A stretch of DNA of 64,000 bases from Candidatus Cloacimonadales bacterium. Lineage in GTDB: Bacteria > Cloacimonadota > Cloacimonadia > Cloacimonadales > JAFGVF01. The notes under the pieces are model-generated. The model was given only the letters and a program-made list of their open reading frames with translations. It was not told the origin of the DNA and made no database searches. This document shows positions 41,582-51,405 of the stretch, piece after piece; the stretch's first letter is position 1; each line of letters begins with the position of its first letter. Location of the stretch: assembly GCA_963667035.1 (NCBI GenBank), contig OY762964.1, forward strand, positions 736,001-800,000, in the 5' to 3' direction. A program made the position numbers and the translations under genes.

Positions 41582-42262
41582 ATGCTCAAACTCGCTATAG
41601 ATACGACATCGCCATCCGGAAGTCTTGCAATATCCAAAGATGATGACATAATATATGAGAAGTATTTCAAAATAAATATCACGCACTCAGAGACATTAAT
41701 GCCTAGTATAGATACTGCCTTGTCGGAATTGGGACTTCTCAAGAAAGATATAAATGAGTTGATTGTGTGTAAAGGTCCAGGTTCTTTTACAGGAATTAGA
41801 ATAGGTGTTGCTACAGCTAAAGGTATAGCTTATGGGCTTGATATACCTGTGAAGGCTTTTACTTCATTGGAAATGACAGCAGCTAACTTATTGCATGCTA
41901 ATAAACCAATTTTCAGTTTCATCGATGCACGCATGAAAGAAGTATATGCTGCTCTTTACAATGATAAACTGGAACCTATTATAGCTCCCGGTTGCTATCT
42001 TCCTGAAGATATAATAGGTAAGATTCATGAACCGGTAATTGTTGTCGGAAGTGGAGTGAAATCATATTTATCGCTTTTACAAGAATGTAATAATGTGACT
42101 ATTGCTCCTATGCACTATCAAGTAGCAAGAGCCAGTTCTCTATTTACTCTGGACAAGATGTTTCCTGATGATAAGGAATATAGCATTGAAGATCTGTTTA
42201 TGTTGGAACCGGAGTATATGAGACTTTCTCAAGCGGAGCTAATGAAAAAGAATAATGCCTAA
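41582..42262 (+). CDS. tsaB: t6A biosynthesis protein TsaB
   Basis: LAIDTT, HSETLMP, GPGSFTGIRIG, DARMKEVY, LEPEYMR. Confidence 0.95.
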   Translation: MLKLAIDTTSPSGSLAISKDDDIIYEKYFKINITHSETLMPSIDTALSELGLLKKDINELIVCKGPGSFTGIRIGVATAKGIAYGLDIPVKAFTSLEMTAANLLHANKPIFSFIDARMKEVYAALYNDKLEPIIAPGCYLPEDIIGKIHEPVIVVGSGVKSYLSLLQECNNVTIAPMHYQVARASSLFTLDKMFPDDKEYSIEDLFMLEPEYMRLSQAELMKKNNA

Positions 42263-42734
42263 ATACTCAATAATAGTAGCTGTAGATAAGAATAACCTTA
42301 TCGGTAACGGTGAGACCATGCCTTGGAAAATAGCGGAAGATATGACCTATTTTAAGAAAGTAACAATGGGTCATATAGTGGTTATGGGGAGAGCAACCTT
42401 TGAATCTATTGGTAAACCTTTACCGGGTAGAAAGAACATAATTCTTAGTAAAAGTGTGGATAATATTGAGGGTGCTACCGTATGTAATAGCATCGAAGAG
42501 ATAGAACAATTTGTACCTAACGATGATATTGTTTTTATTATCGGTGGAGGTTCAGTTTATAAACAATTCTTAGATAGAATTAGTTATCTCTATATCACAA
42601 GAATTGATGCCGAGTTCAAAGGAACAGTATTTTTCCCGGAAATAGATTATAAAGAATGGGACTTAATTTCTATAGATGAAATTAAGTCTGATTATGGATT
42701 AAAGTTTGAAGTGTATTACAGGAAATGTAAATAA
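42255..42734 (+). CDS. folA: Dihydrofolate reductase
   Basis: MPWKIAEDM, VMGRATFESI.KPLPGRKN, IIGGG. Confidence 0.95.
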   Translation: MPKYSIIVAVDKNNLIGNGETMPWKIAEDMTYFKKVTMGHIVVMGRATFESIGKPLPGRKNIILSKSVDNIEGATVCNSIEEIEQFVPNDDIVFIIGGGSVYKQFLDRISYLYITRIDAEFKGTVFFPEIDYKEWDLISIDEIKSDYGLKFEVYYRKCK

Positions 42735-42773
42735 GATTGTCAATTAACACACAATTGTGTAATCTATGTTAAC

Positions 42774-42798
42774 AAAAAAGGGAACCGTTAGGTTCCCT
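42774..42798. terminator. Hairpin terminator between convergent genes
   Basis: A6-GGGAACC-GTTA-GGTTCCC. Confidence 0.7.
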
Positions 42799-42818
42799 AA
42801 ATTAATTGAATCGACCCA

Positions 42819-43175
42819 CTATTTGAGGATAACTGTTTTCTTCTTAGAAATATAACGACGATTAACTGTTACATTAATTTGATACTTACCAGCAGCTAAG
42901 AAACTACCGTCAGAACCATAACGATCGAGTACAAATACCATTTTGCCCTTTTGTACTTCTCCTCTAAAGAAAGAATCAACTAAAACTCCATCTTCATTAT
43001 ACATCTCTATAGAGGCATAACCATTTTCATGAAAATCAACAATCATTGTAGCGGTAGTTTTGTATTCCTCAGGTTGTACATAGATGCTGACGCCTTCGGT
43101 ACTGAAAGACACGGCAAGCAAGCTTGCTGCAATTGCGACTAATACCAAAAATACGATTCTTTTACTCCAAGACAT
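42819..43175 (-). CDS. Small secreted protein consisting of a signal peptide plus a lone FlgD-Ig/CTD-like domain
   Basis: IEMYNEDGVLV...DGSFLAAGKY...KKTVILK parallels the C-terminal domains of other proteins in the window. Confidence 0.7.
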   Translation of the reverse strand: MSWSKRIVFLVLVAIAASLLAVSFSTEGVSIYVQPEEYKTTATMIVDFHENGYASIEMYNEDGVLVDSFFRGEVQKGKMVFVLDRYGSDGSFLAAGKYQINVTVNRRYISKKKTVILK

Positions 43176-43395
43176 CTTTATCTCCTTTTATGTATCTGCA
43201 TTTTATTTAATCATTTATATATAATGCAATATATGTTCCAAGATAATAAGAAAATAATTTTCCTATAAATCCTTCCTAACAAATCAACTTTTATACAACT
43301 TCTATATTCTGGCAACTATTTTTTTCTGAACGGTAATTATGTTGCAAATGAAGTAACACATTTTTAACAAGTATCCGATAGCATTATAAAGAGAA

Positions 43396-43417
43396 CCTGC
43401 CTTCGTTTGAAGGCAGG
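43396..43417 (-). terminator. Hairpin downstream of 43429..43887
   Basis: CCTGCCTTC-GTTT-GAAGGCAGG. Confidence 0.65.
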
Positions 43418-43428
43418 CTTCTCATCAA

Positions 43429-43887
43429 TTAGCTGCTATAGCTGTTTGTTAGATCGTCATATTTGTTGACTTTCGGTAAGAACCCATTGTCAATAGCATC
43501 CTTAACTGTTTGAATCCCGATATCCAAAAGCTGAATATCAGCAAAGGTAACAGTCTTCAGGTCAATAGTCGGATCATCTTTGTGGACATTCCACCACATC
43601 TTACTGTAAAGAGCATAGAAGGCAGGATGGCGTTTCTTCTTTCCGAGAACTTCATTTCCGTAGCGACGTGCATAAGTCTTGAGATTGTCAATCCAACCTG
43701 AATCGAAACTGTCATAAACAGTTGCCAGGTTTTCAGCGATACTTCCCATATTTGCGTTTTGAGGTGTGTCAGCAGGGACAACATAGTCTCTACTGAAGCA
43801 GATGTAACCTTCATTGAAGGCGGAGTAAACCAATTCATCCATCTTTCCTGAGAATGATCTGAATGGCTTCATCATGTTAACTCTCAT
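43429..43887 (-). CDS. Hypothetical protein, paralogue A (homologous to 50594..51049)
   Basis: AAGGAG RBS. Shares SxSG(K/R)xDxLV, RDYVVP..T.QN..MG, PTIDL.T.T and I.TV..AI..GFLP.V..YD with 50594..51049. Confidence 0.85.
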   Translation of the reverse strand: MRVNMMKPFRSFSGKMDELVYSAFNEGYICFSRDYVVPADTPQNANMGSIAENLATVYDSFDSGWIDNLKTYARRYGNEVLGKKKRHPAFYALYSKMWWNVHKDDPTIDLKTVTFADIQLLDIGIQTVKDAIDNGFLPKVNKYDDLTNSYSS

Positions 43888-43990
43888 TGTGATCTCCTTT
43901 TCCTACGAAGCTTTACGCTAAGTAGGATTCGTCCTACCAACAGACGACTTTTGTTTTTTATTTCCCTAACGCGCTTTGGGTTTCTATATT

Positions 43991-44048
43991 ACCGGGCATG
44001 CGGACATCCCTGTCCGCATGAACTGGGAACGCAGACATCCTGTCTGCA
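43991..44048. repeat. Two tandem REP-like palindromes (consensus ACTGGGnnCGCGGACATCCTGTCCGCA)
   Basis: GCGGACA-TCCC-TGTCCGC and GCAGACA-TCC-TGTCTGC. Related copies lie at 22753 (CRISPR spacer) and 61946. Confidence 0.75.
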
Positions 44049-44431
44049 GTAAATCCATAATTAGTAATTTCTAACTAGTAATCAACCGGATCCGCATGCA
44101 CCATAAAATCTCTATGGAAGGATGTTACTCATTCAACATTTGTAAATAAGCATTCAACATTCACAATTTAGCATTTAGCATTGATTTTTACTCCCTCTAT
44201 TATACGTAGCTTACGGTTTTTGATTTTAAATGAAAAAAGCCAAAAATTTTTAGCAAAAGTAAGTATAAATAAATTGAGTAATAAAGAATCTGTAATATAA
44301 TCACATTTACCAATTTGTGCTTGACATAGTAACTTTTTATTGACACTAATAATCTGTGAAAGTTTTATAAAAACTATTACAGATTCTTTGATAATATGAT
44401 AGAATACACTTTCCAGTTATAAGGAGTGCAT

Positions 44432-46723
44432 ATGATTACAGCTTTTAAGTATATAAACAATATCGGTTTGTTTGCTAATATGAATCAAGCAGCAGGTCTG
44501 CAAATGAATAATCTAACACTTATCTATGCAGAAAATGGACGGGGTAAAACTACAGTATCCGCCATCTTCCGTTCACTTAAAACTGGAGATCCTCTTCATG
44601 TTACGGAAAGAAAGACTTTGGGTAGTACTAGTGACGCAAAAATTATCTTGGATACTGATAATGCTCAACCTCCTTATATTTTTGAGAATGGGAATTGGAA
44701 TAGAAATTTACCTGAGATTGTGATATATGATGATGATTTTGTTGAAAGAAATATTTATTCTGGATTATCAATTTCACCTTCAAACAAAAAAAATCTTCAT
44801 GAGTTAATTATTGGTGAAGAGGGTATAAACTTAAATGATCAGCTAAACAATTGTATTAACAATATTTCTGAGTTTAACAAAGAGTTAAGGGATTGTGAAT
44901 CTAGGGTACAATCAGAATACCGATATGGATTAACTTGGAAAGAATTTTGTGATCTTGAAAATGTTGAAGATATTGATTCCAAAATTGAAGAGAAAAAGAA
45001 AACTCTTGAGGCAATAAAAAATCAGAGTACTATTATAGAAAAGAATCCAATTGTAACAGTCAACCAGGTTTCCATAAATATTAGTTACTACTTAAATCTG
45101 TTAAAATCTGACATTGGAGATATCGACAAGGAAGCAATGAGGATGGTGCTTGATTACTTTTCTGATACAGCAAGAGAAAAGTGGGTATCAGATGGTTTAG
45201 AGCTATTACCTCATGATCAGGATGACAACCAGAAATGCCCATTTTGCCATCAACACTTGAAAGATTCAGAAATCTTTAAGCTATACAAACAATATTTTAG
45301 TGAGAGTTATAAAACTCTCAAGAGGAGCATTACTAAAGTAGCAAGTTCTCTTCAAAGAGATTTCGATGTTACTAAACAGTTTGAGTTATCATCTATTCTT
45401 AACGATGTAAACCATGATATTAATTATTGGTCAGACTATATAGGTATTGATAAAACCCCAATAGAATTAGATGATTATTTAGCAAATTGGAAAGTCGTCT
45501 ATGAGCTTCTCTTCTCGAAAATATCAGAGAAGTTAAAAGCCCCTCTTGAAGTTATTCAAATATCAGAAGTTGAACAGAAAAGTATTGATAGTTACAAAAA
45601 GAATAGTGCAAAGTTATTTGAAATTGATACCTATATAGCTGAAGTGAATAAGAAAATCTCTGATTTAAAAGAAAGCATTAAACTAAAAGACATTTCAATA
45701 GCTCAAAATGAACTAAACAAATTACTGGCTACAAAAGCTAGATTTAATGATGACATTGTTGCTCACTGTGATAGATATAAAAGTATACAAGATGAGAAAC
45801 AAAGAGTAAAGACTCAGAGAGATAGATTTAGAACTGATTTAGAAGAATATAGAACTAGAATCTTTCCAGAGTATCAGCATACTGTTAATGAATACTTAGG
45901 TCTGTTTAATGCCGGATATAGAATTGAAGATGTGAAACATAGAAATATTAGTTCTGGCTCATCCTGCAATTATAATGTGTTAATTAACAATATTCCGGTT
46001 CCTGTAACAATTCCTTCTTCTAATGGTGAACCATCTTTTCATAATACATTGAGTGCAGGTGATAGAAACTCGTTGGCTCTGGCATTTTTTTTTGCAAAGC
46101 TAAATAAAGATAATAATCGTTCTTCAAAAATAGTAATAATCGATGATCCAGTTTCTACACTTGATGATCACAGAACCATGTCTACAATCCAAGAAATAAG
46201 GAGAATATCTAATAATGTCAATCAAGTTATTGTACTATCTCATAACAAAAAATTCTTATGTGAGCTGTTTCAAACAACTAGAAGTTTAGACCCTACACCT
46301 TTGGTAATAAAGAAAGAAAGAAACAATTCAGTTATTGGATCTTGGAATGTTAATGATGATACTGTTACTTTACACGATTTATATCATGGACTATTAACAG
46401 AATACAATGAGGGTCATCAAGACAAATCAAAGGAAGTAGCTGAAGCCATTCGACCATATTTAGAGGGTTTTCTAAGAGTTATCTTCCCTACACATTTTGT
46501 TTCAGGGACCATGATTGGTCCATTTATTAATAAATGTAGGACTTTAGTTGGTACTGCAAATGAATTGTTAAGTGTAAGTAGAGTTGATGAATTGGACAAC
46601 ATTAAAGGATATGCAAATAAATTTCACCATGATACTAATAGTAATCATCTTCATGAAATAGTGAATAACTCTGAATTAGAGGGTTATGTTCGAAGAACTC
46701 TTGATTTTGTAAAGCTTCAATAA
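44432..46723 (+). CDS. RloC-like (AAA_13) ABC/SMC-type ATPase with coiled coil, zinc hook and putative C-terminal HEPN-like domain
   Basis: Walker A YAENGRGKTT; CPFC hook; signature LSAGDR; Walker B/D-loop IIDDPVSTLDD; H-loop LSHN; C-terminal NKFHH. ATG 44432 follows AAGGAG. Confidence 0.82.
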   Translation: MITAFKYINNIGLFANMNQAAGLQMNNLTLIYAENGRGKTTVSAIFRSLKTGDPLHVTERKTLGSTSDAKIILDTDNAQPPYIFENGNWNRNLPEIVIYDDDFVERNIYSGLSISPSNKKNLHELIIGEEGINLNDQLNNCINNISEFNKELRDCESRVQSEYRYGLTWKEFCDLENVEDIDSKIEEKKKTLEAIKNQSTIIEKNPIVTVNQVSINISYYLNLLKSDIGDIDKEAMRMVLDYFSDTAREKWVSDGLELLPHDQDDNQKCPFCHQHLKDSEIFKLYKQYFSESYKTLKRSITKVASSLQRDFDVTKQFELSSILNDVNHDINYWSDYIGIDKTPIELDDYLANWKVVYELLFSKISEKLKAPLEVIQISEVEQKSIDSYKKNSAKLFEIDTYIAEVNKKISDLKESIKLKDISIAQNELNKLLATKARFNDDIVAHCDRYKSIQDEKQRVKTQRDRFRTDLEEYRTRIFPEYQHTVNEYLGLFNAGYRIEDVKHRNISSGSSCNYNVLINNIPVPVTIPSSNGEPSFHNTLSAGDRNSLALAFFFAKLNKDNNRSSKIVIIDDPVSTLDDHRTMSTIQEIRRISNNVNQVIVLSHNKKFLCELFQTTRSLDPTPLVIKKERNNSVIGSWNVNDDTVTLHDLYHGLLTEYNEGHQDKSKEVAEAIRPYLEGFLRVIFPTHFVSGTMIGPFINKCRTLVGTANELLSVSRVDELDNIKGYANKFHHDTNSNHLHEIVNNSELEGYVRRTLDFVKLQ

Positions 46724-46747
46724 CATTGAAAAGAGTAAAGAGGAAAT

Positions 46748-49213
46748 ATGCCAGAAATATGGAAAGACTCATTAAATCGGAATAAATTGTTTAAGCGATT
46801 GAAAGAATTGGAAAAAGAATCGGAATTGGAAACAGATGTTAGGGCACTAATTGCTGATTTAGAAAAGATTGTTAAATATGCATATGATAAATCAAAAAGA
46901 ATTCCAATTAATATGCCAGAATACACACTGCATGACGAAATCCATATTTTCAATGTTATGAAAATAATGGATAAATTGATACCTAAAGAAACAAGAGAAG
47001 CACTTTCAGCACCTGAGTTAATGCTTCTTTTAGCATGTGCTGCATTACATGATATTGGGATGGCTGTTAGTCAAAAACAAGTAGTTTGTTGGAAGGGTAT
47101 ATACGAAAAAGAGAACCCAACTTCTCGTGAACTCAAAGATAAGAAAAGATTTGATGATTTCATTGATGGATATCCAGAGAAAAAACAAGAATGGGAAGAT
47201 TTAAAGAGAAGCAACGATCCCGAAGCCTCTTTTATTGAACAATTCTTAATCTCTGAATTTATCAGGGAAAATCACCCACATCAAATGCAAGTTGAGTTTA
47301 AGGCATTCTTCAAAGACTGGATTATAAAATATAAAAACATGGAACTAAACAGGTTCATTAATAGTTTATGCAGAAGTCATGGAGAGAACCTTAACGCCTT
47401 AGACAAGTTTAGTTCATTAGAAGTGTGTGGTGATGAAGTTGTTTGTTTGCAATATATTGGTGTCATTTTGAGACTATCTGATATTTTGGATTTTGACTAT
47501 ACTAGAGCACCTGATGCCATTTATAAATCAATTGCTTTTAACAGTAGTGTCTCAATAAAAGAGTGGATTAAGCATCGATCTATAACTTCATTGTCTATTG
47601 GAGAGAAGAACATTTACTTTAGTGCTACATGTTCTCATCCTAAGATAGAAAAATCTATTCGAGATTTTCTCAATGTAATTGATGACGAGTTAACATCATG
47701 TAACACCTATATAGAAAATATGAATGATCCTAAATTCGAAGATAGAATGAAGGTCTATAAGCATGGTTTTACTGATAAAGTAGATGGGAATAGAATTGGA
47801 CCGGAATTAGATTCAAACAATGAACCTAAATACATATATAAAGATATCAGCTTCTCACTGAGTAAAGTCCAAATTATTGATTTACTGATGGGCACAAAAC
47901 TTTATAATGATAAATCTGTTCCCCTAAGAGAACTTGTGCAGAACTCTATTGATGCATGTTTGTTGCAAATGTCTATTTGCAAGCACTTCAAGCAGGACTA
48001 TACACCTAGGATAAAAATTGAGTATTATAAAGATGAATCTAACTACATATTAGTTGTTGAAGATAACGGTATCGGGATGGATCTTGACATTATTAATAAT
48101 TACTACTCAAACATTGGAAAGTCATACTATAAATCCAAGGAATTCCTAAGAGTAAAAGCACTAACACATTCACAAATGTGCCCGATTTCAAGATTTGGTA
48201 TTGGTGTGTTATCCTGTTTTATGGTCTCAGATTCTATCGAAGTTGAAACCTTAAAGCATAATGATGATGGGTCTTATGGAAAAGGATTAAGTATTAGCAT
48301 TGATGGGAAAGATAGCATTTTTGAGATTAGAAATTGTGATAAAGTTAATTCAGGTACTGTTACAAAATTAAAACTTAGACCTCAGGATAATTTCTGGGAA
48401 GAGACTTCTAAAGAGGATTTTGAGAAGATGGTTAAGAAGGCATTTCCTAATCCTCCTATCAGAATTGATGTTGAAGCAAGAGATTTAAAAGAAATTAATG
48501 ATGATGTCATCGTGGATGACAGTACTAACGAAACCTCAAGCAGTATCACGATTAATGAAAATGATTTTGATTTCACAAGAATTAATGATCTTCAAGATAG
48601 TTCATGGAGTGAACAGGAAGTAGTCCAATTGCATAAGATATCTCTGGATAATTCTGAATTTAGTTTGAAGGGAGTAGCATTAATAGCACTATTGGAGAAA
48701 GATGCACTACCTGTAAAGGAATATACCTTTGAACCAGTAACAAAAACAATAGATGGTGAGGATTATACATTGGAATATAAAATTAGTACTGGCACCTACT
48801 GGTATAAAGCGAGTTATAACAATATAACAATAGATAATCAAGGGGGATTAAAATCAGACACGGGTTTCGATTTTATATTTAGATCAGATAACTACTTATC
48901 GATTCATGGAATAGAAGTTCCACATAAATTATTTGGTTATAGCAATAATCAGAGAAGCAAAGTCAAATTAGAATGGCCATTTTCAATGATTATAGCTTTA
49001 GATATAGGTAACAAAATGGATTTAGATTTAAATTCACAAAGAACTGAGATTATTAAAACAGACAAGTGGGATAAATTCGAACAAGTGCTTGCAACAATAG
49101 TTTGCACACAGCTAAAAGAGCAAGTAACTCAAGGATATTGGAATGAAATGAAAACATTGTTTAGTAATTCACGATCAAGCATTTTTAACTCTGCTTTAAA
49201 ATCAATCGATTAA
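46748..49213 (+). CDS. HD-domain (HD-CE-like) protein fused to an HSP90-like GHKL ATPase
   Basis: HD motifs YTLHDEIH, ALHDIGM, CRSH and LRLSDILD; GHKL motifs LRELVQNSIDA, EDNGIGMD, IGKSYY, ISRFGIG and SGT. Confidence 0.85.
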   Translation: MPEIWKDSLNRNKLFKRLKELEKESELETDVRALIADLEKIVKYAYDKSKRIPINMPEYTLHDEIHIFNVMKIMDKLIPKETREALSAPELMLLLACAALHDIGMAVSQKQVVCWKGIYEKENPTSRELKDKKRFDDFIDGYPEKKQEWEDLKRSNDPEASFIEQFLISEFIRENHPHQMQVEFKAFFKDWIIKYKNMELNRFINSLCRSHGENLNALDKFSSLEVCGDEVVCLQYIGVILRLSDILDFDYTRAPDAIYKSIAFNSSVSIKEWIKHRSITSLSIGEKNIYFSATCSHPKIEKSIRDFLNVIDDELTSCNTYIENMNDPKFEDRMKVYKHGFTDKVDGNRIGPELDSNNEPKYIYKDISFSLSKVQIIDLLMGTKLYNDKSVPLRELVQNSIDACLLQMSICKHFKQDYTPRIKIEYYKDESNYILVVEDNGIGMDLDIINNYYSNIGKSYYKSKEFLRVKALTHSQMCPISRFGIGVLSCFMVSDSIEVETLKHNDDGSYGKGLSISIDGKDSIFEIRNCDKVNSGTVTKLKLRPQDNFWEETSKEDFEKMVKKAFPNPPIRIDVEARDLKEINDDVIVDDSTNETSSSITINENDFDFTRINDLQDSSWSEQEVVQLHKISLDNSEFSLKGVALIALLEKDALPVKEYTFEPVTKTIDGEDYTLEYKISTGTYWYKASYNNITIDNQGGLKSDTGFDFIFRSDNYLSIHGIEVPHKLFGYSNNQRSKVKLEWPFSMIIALDIGNKMDLDLNSQRTEIIKTDKWDKFEQVLATIVCTQLKEQVTQGYWNEMKTLFSNSRSSIFNSALKSID

Positions 49214-49573
49214 TTGGTATATGTAAAAAGTTATACCTAAGATATTATAGTCCTGATTTTAGAAACACATTTTGTGTTTCACCCCACACTCACTCCACCA
49301 TCATAATTCCCAACAAACAGCTCTCCAATTTCTGTGAGTCTCTTGAGGGTCTCCGGGGCTCGAGGATAAGAGAGTATCAAATTATTGGGTGGATGGAGAT
49401 ATTTTTTTCATGTTTATTATGATAGGGCGTAGAAACCTCATATAATCATTGATTATATATTGTTATCATATTATGATTATTGATAAAATTATGCTGTTTT
49501 ACACCGATTTGTGAAAAAGCGTAAGCTACGAAGAATAGAGAGGTATTTTATAATCCTAAAAAGATTACATAAT

Positions 49574-51332
49574 AATAGCCATGGGTTTTAACCTATGGAA
49601 TATAGGTACCCACATCCCCCGATCCTAAAGGGTTGTCGAAATCATATTATGTAAAATATAAAAATGCACGGTTTGTATTTAACATTTTTTATTGGGCGAC
49701 CCCGTTAGGGTCGAGGATTTAATTAATCAGTTTCCATGGGCTGAAGCCCATGGCTATTATATGGTTGTCCCTTTAGGACAAAGATGGAGTTTGATTGATC
49801 TGTTTTCATTGATTAAGTACATTGTAATTCGTTAAAAAACCTTTATGAATAACAGTTTAAATAATATGTAATCCAATTATCGAACCCTTATAGGGTTCTC
49901 TTACAATAGCCATAGGTTTTAACCTATGGAATATAGGCACCAACCTCCCCCGATCCTAAAGGGTTGCCGAAATCATATTATGTAAAATATAAAAATGCAC
50001 GGTTTGTATTTAACATTTTTTATTGGGCGACCCCGTTAGGGTCGAGGATTTAATTAATCAGTTTCCATGGGCTGAAGCCCATGGCTATTATAATGTTGCC
50101 CTGTTAGGGCAAGATTGATGTTTCAATGATCCGTTTCCATGGGTTGAAACCTGTGGCTATTATATGGTTGTCCATTTAGGACAAAAACGGTGTTTGATTG
50201 ATTCATTTACACGGGTTAAAACCCATGGCTATTATACGGTTGTCCCTTCATGACAATAATCTAAATATTATGTAATCCATATTAAGAACCCTAACGGGGT
50301 TCTCTTACAATAGCCATAGGTTTTAACCTATGGAACAGGAATACCCCCTAAAAACCACACAACCCTAACAGGGTTGCCTTATATTCATAACCCTGAAGAG
50401 TCTTTAAATTCAATCCCATGTCTATTATACGGTTGTCCCTTTAGGACAATAATTGAAATATTAAGTAATCCATATTACGAACCCTAGCGGGGTTCTCTTA
50501 CAATAGCCATAGGTTTTAACCTATGGAACAGGAATACCCCCAAAACCACGACCCTAAAAGGGTCGTCCTCCACATCAATAAAGGAGAAAGACAATGAAAG
50601 TTAAACTCGCAGCTTGGATTAAATCGATGTCCGGTAGATTGGACGATTTAGTGTTTTGTGTTGATAAGAAAACAGGAAATGTTTGGGTGCGTGATTATGT
50701 TGTACCCGAACGAACAGAGCAGAATACACGAATGGGATTGTCAGCAAAGAATATGGCAGTTTTTAGGCAGAACATCAATGAAGAGTATTATTCCGATTTA
50801 GAGGATTATTCGGATAGATACAATCTTCAATCATTGGGGCAATCCGGTCGTTTGAATGGATATTCAGTATTGAATAAAATGTTGTATGCCCTAAAAAGAG
50901 CATATCCCACGATAGATCTGACAACGATTACCCCGCAATTTGTCGTGGATCATAATTTACCGATTCGCACAGTTGCAGAGGCGATAGAACATGGATTTCT
51001 CCCACCGGTACCTCGTTATGATGAGTTTGTAAATCCAATTATGTTGTGATTTGGCGACCCCGTTAGGGTCGAGGTTTTATTTGGTCCGTTTCCATGGGTT
51101 AAAACCCATGGTTATTATACGGTTGTCCCTCTAGGACAGAAACGATGTTTGCTTGAACTGATTCCATGGGCTGACGCCCATGGCTATTATATGGGTGTCC
51201 TTTCAGGACAATAATAGAAACATTATGTAATCCATATTACGAACCCTAGCGGGGTTCTCTAACAATAGCCATAGGTTTTAACCTATGGAATAGGAATCCC
51301 CCCCCCAAACCACACAACCCTAACGGGGTTGG
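49574..51332. repeat. Array of REP/REPIN-like multi-hairpin units in both orientations surrounding ORF 50594..51049
   Basis: Core AATAGCCAT(A/G)GGTTTTAACCTATGG forward at 49574, 49905, 50309, 50502 and 51264. Reverse form CCATGGG..CCCATGGCTATT at about 49734, 50065, 50137, 50210, 51092 and 51164. A ~187-bp near-identical direct repeat starts at 49574 and 49905. Confidence 0.88.
50594..51049 (+). CDS. Hypothetical protein, paralogue B (homologous to 43429..43887)
   Basis: AAGGAG RBS; motifs shared with paralogue A along the full length. Confidence 0.85.
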   Translation: MKVKLAAWIKSMSGRLDDLVFCVDKKTGNVWVRDYVVPERTEQNTRMGLSAKNMAVFRQNINEEYYSDLEDYSDRYNLQSLGQSGRLNGYSVLNKMLYALKRAYPTIDLTTITPQFVVDHNLPIRTVAEAIEHGFLPPVPRYDEFVNPIML

Positions 51333-51405
51333 TCTAATCAAACTAAACATGGTTAAAGCAAAAGAAAAACCCGGATTGCTCCGGGTATTAGCAATCTAAC
51401 TATGC

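Noticed and set aside
49574..51332. Possible second CRISPR array or integron attC cassettes
   Set aside because: Units occur in both orientations with irregular spacing and duplicated fillers. No consistent RYYYAAC/GTTRRRY boundaries and no integrase were seen.
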